A program made the position numbers and the translations under genes. The notes below the pieces were generated by a model. It saw only the letters and a list, made by a program, of their open reading frames with translations. It searched no databases and was not told the DNA's origin. From positions 154,382,001-154,446,000 of the forward strand of contig NC_086097.1 of assembly GCF_963921235.1 (NCBI RefSeq): a stretch of DNA of 64,000 nucleotides, given 5' to 3'. This stretch comes from Mobula hypostoma. Lineage: Eukaryota. Each line of letters begins with the position of its first letter. The stretch's first letter is position 1. Below are positions 61,553 through 64,000 of the stretch, piece after piece.

Positions 61553-61676
61553 CAAAGTCAGCATGGTTTCTGTACAGGGAGATCTTGCCTGAAAAATCTG
61601 TTAGAACTCTTCGAGGAAGTAACAGGCAGGGTGGACAAAGGAGAGGCAGTGCATGTCATTTACTTAGATTTTCAGA
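61553..61676 (+). mobile_element. Short CR1 RT fragment (outer host of the nested CR1s)
   Basis: QSQHGFCTGRSCLKNLLELFEEVTGRVDKGEAVHVIYLDFQK. Confidence 0.85.
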
Positions 61677-61710
61677 AACATAGAAACATAGAAAATAGGT
61701 GCAGGAGTAG

Positions 61711-63564
61711 GCTTTTATAGATATGTAAAAAGGAAAAGACTGATAAAGACAAATGTAGGTCCCCTGCAAACAGAAACAGGTGAATTGATTATGGGGAGCA
61801 AGGACATGGCAGACCAATTGAATAATTACTTTGGTTCTGTCTTCACTAAGGAGGACATAAATAATCTTCCAGAAATAGTAAGGGACAGAGGGTCCAGTGA
61901 GATGGAGGAACTGAGCGAAATACATGTTAGTAGGGAAGTGGTGTTAGGTAAATTGAAGGGATTGAAGGCAGATAAATCCCCAGGGCCAGATGGTCTGCAT
62001 CCCAGAGTGCTTAAGGAAGTGGCCCAAGAAATAGTGGATGCATTAGTGATAATTTTTCAAAACTCGTTAGATTCTGGACTAGTTCCTGAGGATTGGAGGG
62101 TGGCTAATGTAACCCCACTTTTTAAAAAAGGAGGGAGAGAGAAACCGGGGAATTATAGGCCGGTTAGCCTAACGTCGGTGGTGGGGAAACTGCTGGAGTC
62201 AGTTATCAAGGATGTGATAACAGCACATTTGGAAAGCGGTGAAATGATCGGACAAAGTCAGCATGGATTTGTGAAAGGAAAATCATGTCTGACGAATCTC
62301 ATAAAATTTTTTGAGGATGTAACTAGTAGAGTGGATAGGGGAGAACCAGTGGATGTGGTATATTTGGATTTTCAAAAGGCTTTTGACAAGGTCCCACATA
62401 GGAGATTAGTGTGCAAACTTAAAGCACACGGTATTGGGGGTAAGGTATTGGTTTGGGTGGAGAATTGGTTAGCAGACAGGAAGCAAAGAGTGGGAATAAA
62501 CGGGACCTTTTCAGAATGGCAGGCGGTGACTAGTGGGGTACCGCAAGGCTCAGTGCTGGGACCCCAGTTGTTTACAATATATATTAATGACTTGGATGAG
62601 GGAATTAAATGCAGCATCTCCAAGTTTGCGGATGACACGAAGCTGGGTGGCAGTGTTAGCAGTGAGGAGGATGCTAAGAGGATGCAGGGTGACTTGGATA
62701 GGTTGGGTGAGTGGGCAAACTCATGGCAGATGCAATTTAATGTGGATAAATGTGAAGTTATCCACTTTGGTGGCAAAAATAGGAAAACAGATTATTATCT
62801 GAATGGTGGCCGATTAGGAAAAGGGGAGGTGCAACGAGACCTGGGTGTCATTATACACCAGTCATTGAAAGTGGGCATGCAGGTACAGCAGGCGGTGAAA
62901 AAGGCGAACGGTATGCTGGCATTTATAGCGAGAGGATTCGAGTACAGGAGCAGGGAGGTACTACTGCAGTTGTACAAGGCCTTGGTGAGACCACACCTGG
63001 AGTATTGTGTGCAGTTTTGGTCCCCTAATCTGAGGAAAGACATCTTTGCCATAGAGGGAGTACAAAGAAGGTTCACCAGATTGATTCCTGGGATGGCAGG
63101 TCTTTCATATGAAGAAAGACTGGATGAACTGGGCTTGTACTCGTTGGAATTTAGAAGATTGAGGGGGGATCTGATTGAAACGTATAAGATCCTAAAGGGA
63201 TTGGACAGGCTAGATGCAGGAAGATTGTTCCCGATGTTGGGGAGGTCTAGAACGAGGGGTCACAGTTTGAGGATAGAGGGGAAGCCTTTTAGGACCGAGG
63301 TTAGGAAAAACTTCTTCACACAGAGAGTGGTGAATCTGTGGAATTCTCTGCCACAGCAAACTGTTGAGGCCAGTTCATTAGCTATGTTTAAAAGGAAGTT
63401 AGATATGGCCCTTGTGGCTACAGGGGTCAGGGGGTATGGAGGGAAGGCTGGGTTCTGAGTTGGATGATCAGCCATGATCATAATAAATGGCGGTGCAGGC
63501 TCGAAGGGCCGAATGGCCTACTCCTGCACCTATTTTCTATGTTTCTATGTTTCTATGTTTCTAT
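61711..63564 (+). mobile_element. Young 5'-truncated CR1 LINE
   Basis: Uninterrupted RT frame, 3' stem-loop ggccgaatggcc (63507-63518) and (TTTCTATG)n tail. Confidence 0.97.
61785..63458 (+). CDS. CR1 ORF2 reverse transcriptase and C-terminus (557 aa open, endonuclease missing)
   Basis: [47 protein letters not shown] and RPHLEYC through to the natural stop. Confidence 0.92.
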   Translation: MIMGSKDMADQLNNYFGSVFTKEDINNLPEIVRDRGSSEMEELSEIHVSREVVLGKLKGLKADKSPGPDGLHPRVLKEVAQEIVDALVIIFQNSLDSGLVPEDWRVANVTPLFKKGGREKPGNYRPVSLTSVVGKLLESVIKDVITAHLESGEMIGQSQHGFVKGKSCLTNLIKFFEDVTSRVDRGEPVDVVYLDFQKAFDKVPHRRLVCKLKAHGIGGKVLVWVENWLADRKQRVGINGTFSEWQAVTSGVPQGSVLGPQLFTIYINDLDEGIKCSISKFADDTKLGGSVSSEEDAKRMQGDLDRLGEWANSWQMQFNVDKCEVIHFGGKNRKTDYYLNGGRLGKGEVQRDLGVIIHQSLKVGMQVQQAVKKANGMLAFIARGFEYRSREVLLQLYKALVRPHLEYCVQFWSPNLRKDIFAIEGVQRRFTRLIPGMAGLSYEERLDELGLYSLEFRRLRGDLIETYKILKGLDRLDAGRLFPMLGRSRTRGHSLRIEGKPFRTEVRKNFFTQRVVNLWNSLPQQTVEASSLAMFKRKLDMALVATGVRGYGGKAGF

Positions 63565-64000
63565 TCGGCCCTTCGAGCCTGCACCGACATTCAGTATGGT
63601 CATAGCTGATCATCCAACTCAAAACCCTGTACCTGCCTTCTCTCCATACCCGCTGATCCCTTAGGGTACAAGGGCCATATCTAACTCCCTTTTAAATATA
63701 GCCAATGAACTGGCCTCAAATGTTTCCTGTGGCAGAGAATTCCACAGATTCACCACTCTCTGTGTGAAGAAGTTTTTCCTCATCTCGGTCCTAAAAGGCT
63801 TCCCTTTTATCTTTAAACTGTGACCCCTCGTTCTGGACTTCCCCAACATCGGGAACAATCTTCCTGCATCTAGCCTGTCCAATCTCTTTAGAATTTTATA
63901 CGTTTCAATAAGATCCCCCCTCAATCTTCTAAATTCCAGCGAGTATAAGCCTAGTCGATCCAACCTTTCATCATATGAAAGTCCTGCCATCCCAGGAATC
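63562..64000 (-). mobile_element. CR1 of the same subfamily on the minus strand; its last ~38 nt lie at 61674-61712; runs off the window
   Basis: ORF 63661-63990 is nearly identical to the C-terminus of 61785-63458. agaaacatagaaacatagaaaataggtgcaggagtaggc at 61674-61712 is its displaced tail. Confidence 0.95.

Noticed and set aside
1..64000. Prokaryotic-type systems (CRISPR arrays, operons, retrons) suggested by the many RT ORFs
   Set aside because: All RTs are eukaryotic non-LTR, Penelope or Gypsy types, and there is no repeat-spacer array or operon structure.

Overview
Eukaryotic, repeat-dominated vertebrate DNA. The repeat set (CR1 LINEs, HE1/V-type SINEs, SacSINE1/Deu-like SINEs, Neptune-type Penelope elements, Rex1) points to a cartilaginous fish, probably a shark or ray; this is inference. 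No host protein-coding exon was recognised. Nearly all long ORFs are fragments of retroelements (CR1, Penelope, L1, Rex1, RTE, Crack, Gypsy) or their antisense shadows, often nested several deep. A CpG-rich, nearly transposon-free zone at about 57.5-58.55 kb, with a palindromic CRE and a splice donor, looks like the promoter and non-coding first exon of a minus-strand gene; if so, most of the window is intron. The most notable observations are: (1) a 2.8-kb head-to-head Penelope palindrome with an open RT+GIY-YIG frame and a minimal hammerhead-ribozyme motif at each outer end; (2) hammerhead-like motifs in three different Penelope families; (3) a twister-like structured RNA candidate in an RTE-derived element; (4) a young CR1 inserted antisense into the 3' stem-loop of a sibling CR1; (5) a ~215-bp inverted local capture; (6) two CR1 copies 35 kb apart that share defects. 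I found no clearly new multi-gene system. Boundaries of decayed repeats are approximate and identities were judged by eye.
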